Source of the DNA: Burkholderiales bacterium | Lineage (GTDB): Bacteria; Pseudomonadota; Gammaproteobacteria; Burkholderiales; SG8-39 | NCBI GenBank assembly: GCA_049802235.1 | Contig: JBARMB010000050.1 | Span: 23,577-87,576, forward strand | Direction of reading: 5' to 3' | DNA: 64,000 nt | In this document: positions 52,360 to 62,746 of the stretch, in pieces | Numbering within the stretch: the first letter of the stretch is position 1 | How the letters are laid out: the number at the start of each line of letters is the position of its first letter | The notes under the pieces: generated by a model | Database searches by the model: none | The model's input: the letters and a program-made list of their open reading frames with translations, nothing else | What the model was told of the DNA's origin: nothing | Made by a program: the position numbers and the translations under genes

Positions 52360-54187
52360 GGCGTCCCTTCATCCAGCGAATGAAATGCGGGCGGCGCGAA
52401 CCGGGGGCTTCGGTGAGCACGCACGTGTCCATGCCGGCGCGCTTGAGGCGCACCTCGAACGACTGCAACTGGTCGCGGCGGAAAGCGTGCAGAGTCACCC
52501 GTTCCCCGGGACGCCGCTGCGCCAACATCGCATCGAGTCCGCCCTGCCCGATGCGCAGTCCGTCCACGGCGACGATGACATCGCCGGCCGCGAGTCCCGC
52601 CTCCAGCGCCGCGCCGCCCTCCAGCACGTGCGTGACCGCGATGTCCTTGCCTTCCGCCCGCGTGCGGATTCCGAGCATTGCCGGCCCGGCGAGATTTTTC
52701 GATCCGGCGGGCCGGCCGCCCCTGTCGGCGGACGACTCGGCCGCGCGCAAATCCATTTTCACGCCGTGCGTCGCCAGCAATTCCTCCAACGGCAGCTCGC
52801 GGGTGGCGCGCAGCCAGTCATTGAAATGCCGCCGCAGCTTCAGGCCCGTGACCTGCTCGGCGAGACGCTCGATGCCGTCTTCCTCCACGCCGACGCCGGT
52901 GAGGCCATGGCGCCGCCACAGCGCGCGCATCACGTCGTCGAGCGATTTCCGTCCGCGCGTCCGCGCCCGGATCGCGAGGTCGAGGCACAGCGCGACGAGG
53001 CTGCCCTTGCCGTAGTAGCTGACGCCGGAGTTGGGCGAATTCTCGTCCTGGCGGTAATGCTTGATCCAGGCGTCGAAGCTCGATTCGGCCACGCTCTGCC
53101 TGCGCCGGCCCGGAGTGCGCAGATAAGCGGTGACCGAGCGGCCGAGCAGCTCGAGATAGTCATTTTTCCCGATCAGTCCGCAGCGGACGAGCGCGAGGTC
53201 GTCGTAGTAGGAGGTGATGCCCTCGAACGCCCACAGCAGCACGGTGTAGTTTTCGCGGTCGAGATCGTAGGGCGCGAACGCCGCCGGCTTGATGCGCTTC
53301 ACGTTCCAGGTGTGGAAGTATTCGTGGCTGCACAGGCCGAGGAAAGTGCGGTAACGCTCGCCCACCTCCTTGTCGCCCGTCCGCGGCAGATCGTCGCGCG
53401 AGCACAGCAGCGCGGTGGAAGCGCGATGCTCCAGGCCGCCGTAGCCCTCGCCCGTCGCGGTGACGAGGAATACGTAGCGCTCCATTGGAGCAGGCTCGCC
53501 GAAAAAGCGGATGTGCTGCTCGCACATGCGCTTCAGGTCGCGGCACAGCCGCGCCGTATCGGCACGATGGCGGCCGGTGATGACGATGTCGTGCGGCACG
53601 CCGCACGCCCGGAACGTCGCCAGCGTGAATTCGCCCATCTCGACCGGATGGTCGATCAGCTCGTCGTAGTTCGCGGCGACGTAAGCGCCAAAACCGTGGC
53701 GCCCGGCGTTTTTCCGGCCCGCTTCCACCCCGGCCTTCGGCCGCATGGCGGTGGCGACGCGCCAGTTGCGGTAGCGCGTACCGTTCGGCCGCAGGATCTC
53801 GACTGCGCACGGCGCGTCCTCCCGCCCGGGCACGCGCAGGAATACGCAGGGGCCGTTGAAGAATGCGTGCGTCGTATCGAGGTGCGCGCCGCGCACCGAC
53901 AGATCCCAGGCGTAAATTTCGCAAGTGACGCTGAGCGGACCCGCGGTTGCCGCCGCACGCCAGGTATGCTTGTCGAGTTTCTCCAGCCGCACGGGCCTGC
54001 CGCGGCTCTCCGCGCGGATGGAGACGATGTGCCGCGCGAATTCGCGGATCATGTAGCTGCCGGGAATCCAGGCCGGCAGCGCGAACGACTGTCCCGAAGG
54101 ATCGGGATCGGCGACGGCGCAGCTCACCTCGAACAGATGCGCTTCGGGCCGCGCGGGCTGGATGGTGTAGCGGATCGGTGGGTTCAC
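52352..54187 (-). CDS. M61 (glycyl aminopeptidase) family metallopeptidase with a C-terminal PDZ domain
   Basis: 611 aa with HEYFHTWNVKRI (HExxH). The C-terminal PDZ-like segment GAALEAGLAAGDVIVAVDG is present. GTG start. Confidence 0.85.
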   Translation of the reverse strand: MNPPIRYTIQPARPEAHLFEVSCAVADPDPSGQSFALPAWIPGSYMIREFARHIVSIRAESRGRPVRLEKLDKHTWRAAATAGPLSVTCEIYAWDLSVRGAHLDTTHAFFNGPCVFLRVPGREDAPCAVEILRPNGTRYRNWRVATAMRPKAGVEAGRKNAGRHGFGAYVAANYDELIDHPVEMGEFTLATFRACGVPHDIVITGRHRADTARLCRDLKRMCEQHIRFFGEPAPMERYVFLVTATGEGYGGLEHRASTALLCSRDDLPRTGDKEVGERYRTFLGLCSHEYFHTWNVKRIKPAAFAPYDLDRENYTVLLWAFEGITSYYDDLALVRCGLIGKNDYLELLGRSVTAYLRTPGRRRQSVAESSFDAWIKHYRQDENSPNSGVSYYGKGSLVALCLDLAIRARTRGRKSLDDVMRALWRRHGLTGVGVEEDGIERLAEQVTGLKLRRHFNDWLRATRELPLEELLATHGVKMDLRAAESSADRGGRPAGSKNLAGPAMLGIRTRAEGKDIAVTHVLEGGAALEAGLAAGDVIVAVDGLRIGQGGLDAMLAQRRPGERVTLHAFRRDQLQSFEVRLKRAGMDTCVLTEAPGSRRPHFIRWMKGRRG

Positions 54188-54229
54188 GTCGTCATTGTGC
54201 CGCAGCGCGCGCCACGAGAATTCGGGCCG

Positions 54230-55585
54230 CTAGCGGATCACCAGCGTGATGCGATATTCGCCGCGCAGCAGCGACAATCGCAGCGGGCTCTCGTTCGCGC
54301 GCAGCGCGGCGAGGAACTCGGCGACCGAGCGCACGCGGCGCCCGCCGACGCCGTAGACGATGTCGCCGGGACGCAGGCCGTTGCGGAACGCCGCGCTGCC
54401 GCGCTCCACTGCTGTGACGATGGCACCGTCAACCTGCCCGTACATGGGCATGCCGGGCTCGATGTTCGAGACGCGCGCGCCGGCGAGCTGCGGCACCGAT
54501 TCGCCGGGGACGTTGGTCGCGGCGAACAACTCGCCGATGCGCGCCCGCAGCTTGAGCGGCCGGCCGTCGCGCAGCACCTGCAGCTGCACCTCCTCGCCCA
54601 CCGGCGTGAGCCCGACGCGGTTCCTGAAATCGCCGGAATTGCGCACCGGACGCCCGTTTGCCGCGGTCACCACGTCCTTCGGCCGCAGTCCCGCCTTTTC
54701 GGCCGTCGAACCGCGCTCCACCTGCACCACCAGGGCGCCTTCGGTCACGTTGACGCCGAACTGGTGGGCAAGGTCCGGCGTCAGATCCTGCGTCGACACG
54801 CCCAGCCGCCCGCGCCGCATTTCGCCGAAGCGCAGGATCTGCTCCATCACCGCGCGCGCCATGTTGACCGGTATCGCAAAGCCGATGCCGACGTTGCCGC
54901 CCGAGGGGCCGATGATGGCGGTGTTGATGCCGACCAGCTCGCCGCGCAGGTTCACCAGCGCGCCGCCGGAATTGCCGGGATTGATCGAAGCATCGGTCTG
55001 GATGAAGTCCTCGTAGCCCTCGATGCCGAGGCCGCTGCGGCCGAGCGCGCTGACGATGCCCGAGGTCACCGTCTGGCCGATGCCGAACGGGTTGCCGATC
55101 GCGACCACGAAATCGCCGACGTTGAGCGCGTCGGAATCGCCGAACTTGAGTGCCGACAGCCCGCGCGCGGGAACGCGCAGCAGCGCGATATCGGTGCCGG
55201 GATCGGTGCCCACCAGCTGCGCCTTCAGCGTGCGCCGGTCCTTGAGCGTGACGACGATTTCCTGCGCGTCCTTGATGACGTGGTTGTTGGTGAGCACGAG
55301 TCCATGCGCCGCATCGACGATCACCCCAGAGCCGGCGCTCTGCTGCGGCTGCGCGGCGCCCTCCGGTATGTCGAAGAAGCGGCGGAAGAACGGATCGCGC
55401 AACAGCGGATTGTCCTCGGCCGGATCGCGCGAAAGCACCGAGATGTTGACCACCGCCGGCGTGATCTGCGTCAGCATCGGCGCGAGCGTCGGCGTGCCCT
55501 TCGCGTCGAGCGGCAGCGCCGCATTCGCCGCCGTCGCGACGGCGAGCGTCAGAAGAAGCGCCGCAACCCGCGCTGAGCACACCAT
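54230..55585 (-). CDS. Periplasmic serine endoprotease DegP/DegQ (Do) family, two PDZ domains
   Basis: Signal peptide, HVI..D..TDASINPGNSGGAL catalytic triad context, and two PDZ segments. The track start at 55591 is TTG. ATG at 55585 is preferred. Confidence 0.92.
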   Translation of the reverse strand: MVCSARVAALLLTLAVATAANAALPLDAKGTPTLAPMLTQITPAVVNISVLSRDPAEDNPLLRDPFFRRFFDIPEGAAQPQQSAGSGVIVDAAHGLVLTNNHVIKDAQEIVVTLKDRRTLKAQLVGTDPGTDIALLRVPARGLSALKFGDSDALNVGDFVVAIGNPFGIGQTVTSGIVSALGRSGLGIEGYEDFIQTDASINPGNSGGALVNLRGELVGINTAIIGPSGGNVGIGFAIPVNMARAVMEQILRFGEMRRGRLGVSTQDLTPDLAHQFGVNVTEGALVVQVERGSTAEKAGLRPKDVVTAANGRPVRNSGDFRNRVGLTPVGEEVQLQVLRDGRPLKLRARIGELFAATNVPGESVPQLAGARVSNIEPGMPMYGQVDGAIVTAVERGSAAFRNGLRPGDIVYGVGGRRVRSVAEFLAALRANESPLRLSLLRGEYRITLVIR

Positions 55586-55587
55586 GG

Positions 55588-56160
55588 TCAAAGGTCGCTC
55601 GGCTTGTCGATGTCGCGCAGTACCCCGGGGTCGTCCGTTTCACACAGGGTCACCCCGTCGGGATGCTGTTTGAGCAACTCGCGTGCGCCGGCATCGCCGC
55701 GCAGCGCCGAGAGCTCGTCGAAGAAACGTCGCGCGAATCCCACCGGATGCCCGCGCTCGCCGCGGTAGCTCGGCGCGGCGATCGCGGCGCCCTCCGCGAG
55801 CGCCTTGGCGACGGTCCGGATGGTCTCGGGCCGGATGAAAGGCATATCGGCAAGCGCGACTATCCAGCCGTCGGCGTCCGCCGTGGCGCGCACCCCTGCC
55901 GCGAGGCTCGTTCCCATGCCTTCGGCCGCGTTCTTGCAAACGAGGGTGTTGCAGCCCGCGTCGCGCAGCATCTTTCCGAGCTTCTGCGAGCGCGGCCTGA
56001 CCACGGCGACGGACTCGGGCAGGGCCTCGATGAAGTGGCGCGCGGCGGCAAGCGCAATCGGCGTGCCGGCATGCGCCGAGCCGGCGGGCAGCGGTTGCAG
56101 CAGTTTGTTCGAGCCGAAGCGCTTCGAATAGCCGGCTGCGAGAAGAATGCCGCGGATCAT
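55588..56160 (-). CDS. MocA-like nucleotidyltransferase (molybdenum cofactor cytidylyltransferase family)
   Basis: MIRGILLAAGYSKRFGSNKLL N-terminal NTP-transferase motif, 190 aa. Adjacent to XdhC and the molybdo-hydroxylase genes. Confidence 0.8.
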   Translation of the reverse strand: MIRGILLAAGYSKRFGSNKLLQPLPAGSAHAGTPIALAAARHFIEALPESVAVVRPRSQKLGKMLRDAGCNTLVCKNAAEGMGTSLAAGVRATADADGWIVALADMPFIRPETIRTVAKALAEGAAIAAPSYRGERGHPVGFARRFFDELSALRGDAGARELLKQHPDGVTLCETDDPGVLRDIDKPSDL

Positions 56161-56317
56161 CGTTCAGCGAGGCTCAAATGAATTCCCGGAAGGTCATCGA
56201 CCCTCCTCTCCTGAAAACAAGACAGGGTGCCGGCAAAGCCGGTGGAGTGGATCGGGCCGACGCAGGATGACCACCCCGACGCTTCGCGTCCCTCCTCAAC
56301 GAGGAGGGGAAAACGCG

Positions 56318-57325
56318 TCAGTTCTGCGGCACTTCGCAGCCGGCCGAGACGTTCACTTTCGGCGGCTCGATGGTCTCGGGGATCTGCACGCCGCGGCGCA
56401 CCGCGGTCATCTCGGCGAGGATCGCCACCGCGATCTCCGGCGGCGTCTTCGAGCCGATCTTCAGGCCGACGGGCCCGCGCAGGCGCGCGATCTCGGCGGC
56501 GGCGAGGTCGAAATCGGCGAGGCGCTTGCGGCGCGTGTCGTTGTTCTTCTTCGAGCCGAGCGCGCCGACGTAGAACGCCGGCGACTTCAGCGCCTCCAGC
56601 AGCGCCGCATCGTCGAGCTTGGGATCGTGCGTCACCGCCACCACGGCGCAGTGCGCGTCGAGATTCATCGCCACGACGACGTCGTCGGGATAGCCGCGGT
56701 TGATCGGCACGTCCTTCAGGTCCCATCCTTCCGAGTATTCCTCGCGCGGATCGCATACGGTGACATGGTAATCGAGCGCCTGGGCCATTTGCGCGAGATA
56801 GCGCGACACCTGCCCGGCGCCGATCATGAGCAGGCGCCAGCGCGGGCCGTGCACCGTCTTCAGCATCTTGCCGTCGAACTCCAGCAGGTCCGACCACTTG
56901 CCCGGCTCGATGCGCACCTTGCCGGTTTCCATGTCGAGGAAACGCGCCGCCAGCTCGTGGCGCTCGATGACCGCAAGCAGGTCCTTCAGCTTCGATTCCG
57001 CAGTCACCGGCTCGAGCACGATCTGCAGCGTGCCGCCGCAAGGCAGGCCGAAGCGCGTCGCCTGCTCCTGCGTCACGCCATAAGTGGCCACTTCCGGCTT
57101 GCCGGTGGCGAGCGTCCTGCCCTTCACTTTTTCGATGAGATCGTCCTCGACGCAGCCGCCCGAGACCGACCCGATAACCTGGCCGTCGTCACGAATGACG
57201 AGCATCGCGCCCACCGGGCGCGGAGCCGAGCCCCAGGTGTGCACGACGGTGCCAAGCGTGGCGCGATGGCCGGCTTCGGCCCATTTCAGTGCGCTGCGTA
57301 CAACTTCGAGATCGACGCTGTCCAT
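56318..57325 (-). CDS. XdhC/CoxI-family molybdoenzyme maturation protein
   Basis: 335 aa, VVHTWGSAPRPVGAMLVI...GSVSGGCVEDD N-domain and the Rossmann-like LLMIGAGQVSRYLA C-domain. Confidence 0.88.
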   Translation of the reverse strand: MDSVDLEVVRSALKWAEAGHRATLGTVVHTWGSAPRPVGAMLVIRDDGQVIGSVSGGCVEDDLIEKVKGRTLATGKPEVATYGVTQEQATRFGLPCGGTLQIVLEPVTAESKLKDLLAVIERHELAARFLDMETGKVRIEPGKWSDLLEFDGKMLKTVHGPRWRLLMIGAGQVSRYLAQMAQALDYHVTVCDPREEYSEGWDLKDVPINRGYPDDVVVAMNLDAHCAVVAVTHDPKLDDAALLEALKSPAFYVGALGSKKNNDTRRKRLADFDLAAAEIARLRGPVGLKIGSKTPPEIAVAILAEMTAVRRGVQIPETIEPPKVNVSAGCEVPQN

Positions 57326-57647
57326 GGGAAATCCTTATGCCTTAGGCAACCCGCGAGAATATTATTGAATCCCGACAATTGATTATACGCGATAGCCTAG
57401 ACCCCCCTTAAAATCGGGTCAAGCCCGGCCCGGGTAACGATTCGGAAGCGGCCCAGCCCTTCCCCGGCAAGCCGCGGTTGCTTGTCGCCCGCACATGGTC
57501 TAGGATTTCCGCCGACGCCCCATCGCCGCAAATCCCGCGACACAACACTTATTTGTCGAGGAGGCGTTTTTGCCGGTGCAGTTCCCGTTTTCGTGAACGT
57601 CACTTGATACAAGAAGAAGTCCCACTTTTCACCGAAGGAGTCGAACC

Positions 57648-58121
57648 ATGACCGTCAAGGTCTCCATGACCATCAACGGCAAAGCGGCCGGCGGCGAAGT
57701 CGAGGAGCGCACGCTGCTCGTCAACTTCATCCGCGACCATCTGCGCCTGACCGGAACCCACGTCGGCTGCGACACCGCCCAGTGCGGCGCCTGCACCATC
57801 CACATGAACGGCCGCGCCGTGAAGTCCTGCAACATCCTGGTGATGCAGGCCGAAGGCGCGCAGATCACCACCATCGAAGGCATCGCCAAGCCCGACGGCA
57901 CGCTGCACCCGATGCAGGAGGCGTTCCGCGAGCACCACGGCCTGCAGTGCGGCTTCTGCACCCCCGGCATGGTGATGAGCGCGATCGACCTGGTGAAGAA
58001 CTTCCCCAATCCCACCGAAGAGCAGATACGCGAGCAGCTCGACGGAAATCTCTGCCGCTGCACCGGCTATCACAATATCGTCAAGGCGATCAAAGCCGCC
58101 TCCCAGACGATGAGGAGCTGA
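57648..58121 (+). CDS. Molybdo-hydroxylase small subunit, [2Fe-2S]-binding (CoxS-like)
   Basis: 157 aa with [16 protein letters not shown] and [12 protein letters not shown]...LCRCTGY cluster motifs. AAGGAG RBS. Confidence 0.93.
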   Translation: MTVKVSMTINGKAAGGEVEERTLLVNFIRDHLRLTGTHVGCDTAQCGACTIHMNGRAVKSCNILVMQAEGAQITTIEGIAKPDGTLHPMQEAFREHHGLQCGFCTPGMVMSAIDLVKNFPNPTEEQIREQLDGNLCRCTGYHNIVKAIKAASQTMRS

Positions 58122-58123
58122 CC

Positions 58124-60487
<2,364 letters not shown>

Positions 60488-60497
60488 GAGAAAAAAC

Positions 60498-61295
60498 ATG
60501 TACTCATTCAATTACCAGAAAGCAAAATCGGTGGCCGACGCATCGGCGACAGTCGCGAAAAACGGCGACGCCAAGCTGCTCGCCGGCGGCCAGAGCCTGC
60601 TCGCGGCGATGAAGCTGCGCCTCGCGCGCCCGTCCGACATCGTCGATCTGGGCGCGATCAGGGAGCTCTCCGGCATCAAGGTCGAAGGCAATGCCGTCAC
60701 CATCGGCGCCATGACGCGCCACGCCGAAGTCGCGGCGTCCGCCGAGGTGAAAAAGGCGATCCCGGCACTGGCGGCATTGGCCGGCGGCATCGGCGACCGC
60801 ATGGTGCGCAACATGGGCACCCTCGGCGGCGCGCTCGCCAACAACGACCCGGCCGCGGACTATCCGGCGGCGGTGCTCGGGCTCGCGGCGACTATCGTCA
60901 CCAACAAGCGCAAGATCTCCGCCGATGAATTCTTCAAAGGCATGTACGAGACCGCGCTGCAAAACGGCGAGATCATCACCGCGGTGACGTTTCCGGTGCC
61001 CAAGCGCGCCGCCTATATGAAGTTCAAGAATCCGGCCTCGCGCTACGCCATCGTCGGCGTGTTCGTCGCCGAGTCCGGCGGCGGCGTGCGCGTTGCGGTG
61101 ACGGGCGCCGCCCCGAGCGTGTTCCGCGTGCCGGAGATGGAAAAGGCGCTCGCCTCGAAGTTCGCGCCGGAATCGGTGGCGAACGTCAAGGTGTCGCCCG
61201 ACAAGCTCAATTCCGACCTGCACGCCAAAGCCGATTACCGCGCGCATTTGATCACGGTGATGGCCCGCCGCGCCGTCGAAGCGGCGCTGAAATGA
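60498..61295 (+). CDS. Molybdo-hydroxylase medium subunit, FAD-binding (CoxM-like)
   Basis: 265 aa, LLAGGQSLLAAMKLR and GTLGGALANNDPAADYP FAD-binding motifs. AGGAG RBS. Confidence 0.9.
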   Translation: MYSFNYQKAKSVADASATVAKNGDAKLLAGGQSLLAAMKLRLARPSDIVDLGAIRELSGIKVEGNAVTIGAMTRHAEVAASAEVKKAIPALAALAGGIGDRMVRNMGTLGGALANNDPAADYPAAVLGLAATIVTNKRKISADEFFKGMYETALQNGEIITAVTFPVPKRAAYMKFKNPASRYAIVGVFVAESGGGVRVAVTGAAPSVFRVPEMEKALASKFAPESVANVKVSPDKLNSDLHAKADYRAHLITVMARRAVEAALK

Positions 61296-61515
61296 AAGGG
61301 ATTTGATCCACGTCAAGCCGGCGTTTTCGGAATGCGTTATGTTGAAACCGTGTCTGGCGTCGCGGATTTATCGCAGGGCGATACCGCGGCCGGCACGCAA
61401 AAGTGAGGGGCCTGGTCACCAGGTTATATTCTGGTTCCCATCGGGACCAAGAAGGATGAGGACGACTCTCAGACCGATTTGGACTTAAAACGTCAGCTCG
61501 GGGATCCTCACCGGA

Positions 61516-61550
61516 CCCGCCATCTCCTCAAGGGGTGGCGGGTTTTTATT
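61516..61550 (+). terminator. Strong intrinsic terminator about 220 nt downstream of the coxM-like stop
   Basis: CCCGCCATCTC / GGGGTGGCGGG gives an 11-bp stem including two G-U pairs, with a 5-nt loop, followed by TTTTTATTT. Confidence 0.7.
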
Positions 61551-61653
61551 TGGCAACGCACCCGTCGGCCTGCCGCCGCGAAATCCAGGGTATCTGTCGA
61601 GGCGCCCGCGCCGCGCCGGATACCCTCGGAGCCATGTTATTCTATTCACTTGG

Positions 61654-61811
61654 AGACAGTTTCAGAATGACCGAAACGGGTCCTGATCTAGGGGAGCATG
61701 AGGGGAGGTATCCCCTCATTTTGTAATGTGCTCGTAGAGTCCGTTTCAGAATGACCGAAACGGACTCCAATATAGGGGAGCATGAGGGGATGTTTCCCCT
61801 CATTTTTGTAA
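61654..61811 (+). repeat. Tandem duplication (2 units of about 75 bp, period about 84 bp) of a two-hairpin module ending in terminator-like T-runs
   Basis: Unit 1 is 61654-61726 and unit 2 is 61737-61811. They share identical blocks GTTTCAGAATGACCGAAACGG and TAGGGGAGCATGAGGGGA and the arm TCCCCTCATTTT. Confidence 0.8.
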
Positions 61812-61820
61812 CCGGTTCTT

Positions 61821-62735
61821 ATGGCCAATCCGCTTCCGTCGTCCATTGACGACACCATCGAATTGCTGGCCGGCGCCGATTATGTCGCCGAGCGCAGCCT
61901 CGCGACCGCCGTTTTTCTTGCCCTCAAGATGGGCCGGCCGCTGTTCCTCGAAGGCGAAGCCGGCGTCGGCAAGACCGAGATCGCCAAGGTGCTGGCCTCC
62001 AGTCTCGGCCGCCGGCTGGTGCGGCTGCAATGCTACGAGGGCCTGGACATCGCTTCCGCCGTCTACGAATGGAACTACTCGCGCCAGATGATCGAAATCC
62101 GGCTGGCGGAAGCCGAGGGCGTGAAAAGCCGCGAGGGCATCGCGCAGGACATCTTTTCCGAGCGCTTCCTCATCCGCCGGCCGCTGCTGCAGGCGCTCGA
62201 GGGCGGCCTCGGCGGGGCGCCGGTGCTACTCATCGACGAGCTCGACCGCACCGACGAGCCGTTCGAGGCGTACCTGCTCGAGGTGCTGTCCGATTACCAG
62301 GTGACCATTCCGGAAATCGGCACGGTGAAGGCGGAGGTGCCGCCGATCGTGGTGCTCACCTCCAACCGCACGCGCGAGATCCACGACGCCATCAAGCGCC
62401 GCTGCTTCTATCACTGGGTGGATTATCCGGACGCCGCGCGCGAGCTCGATATCCTGAAGCGCAAAGCGCCGGAGGCGGCGGAGAAGCTCTCGCGCGAAGT
62501 GGTCGCCTTCGTGCAGCGCCTGCGCAAGATGGACCTGTTCAAGCTGCCGGGCGTCGCCGAAACCATCGACTGGTCGAAGGCGCTGGTCGCGCTCGACAAG
62601 ATGGCGCTCGATCCGCAGACGGTCAACGACACCCTCGGCACGCTGCTCAAGTACCAGGACGACATCGCGCGCGTGCGCGGCAGCGAGGCGGAGAGGTTGC
62701 TGGCTGAGGTCAAGGCCGAGCTCGCGGCGGCATAG
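61821..62735 (+). CDS. MoxR-like AAA+ ATPase (CoxD-like)
   Basis: 304 aa with Walker A GEAGVGKTEIAK and Walker B LLIDELDR. The overall MoxR/CoxD pattern is present. No Shine-Dalgarno sequence is visible in the 9 nt between the repeat and the ATG. Confidence 0.9.
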   Translation: MANPLPSSIDDTIELLAGADYVAERSLATAVFLALKMGRPLFLEGEAGVGKTEIAKVLASSLGRRLVRLQCYEGLDIASAVYEWNYSRQMIEIRLAEAEGVKSREGIAQDIFSERFLIRRPLLQALEGGLGGAPVLLIDELDRTDEPFEAYLLEVLSDYQVTIPEIGTVKAEVPPIVVLTSNRTREIHDAIKRRCFYHWVDYPDAARELDILKRKAPEAAEKLSREVVAFVQRLRKMDLFKLPGVAETIDWSKALVALDKMALDPQTVNDTLGTLLKYQDDIARVRGSEAERLLAEVKAELAAA

Positions 62736-62746
62736 TTTTCCGCGAC

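Noticed and set aside
52295-55576. 1093-codon ORF on the + strand spanning the M61 peptidase and DegP loci
   Set aside because: It is antisense to two strongly supported genes and crosses their intergenic gap. The translation is Arg/Ala/Gly/Asp/His-rich low complexity with no recognisable motifs. Long stop-free antisense frames are expected in high-GC genomes with GC-rich third codon positions.
61456-61488. 10-codon mini-ORF MRTTLRPIWT as a possible leader peptide
   Set aside because: The AAGAAGG purine run directly abuts the ATG with no spacer, so it cannot act as a functional SD. There is no regulatory codon bias and no evidence of conservation.
61659-61764. Possible mini-CRISPR, because the repeat core starts GTTTC and ends GAAAC
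   Set aside because: There are only two copies and the core is 19-21 nt, too short for a CRISPR repeat. The sequence between and after the copies is itself duplicated, so there are no unique spacers. No cas genes are present in the window.
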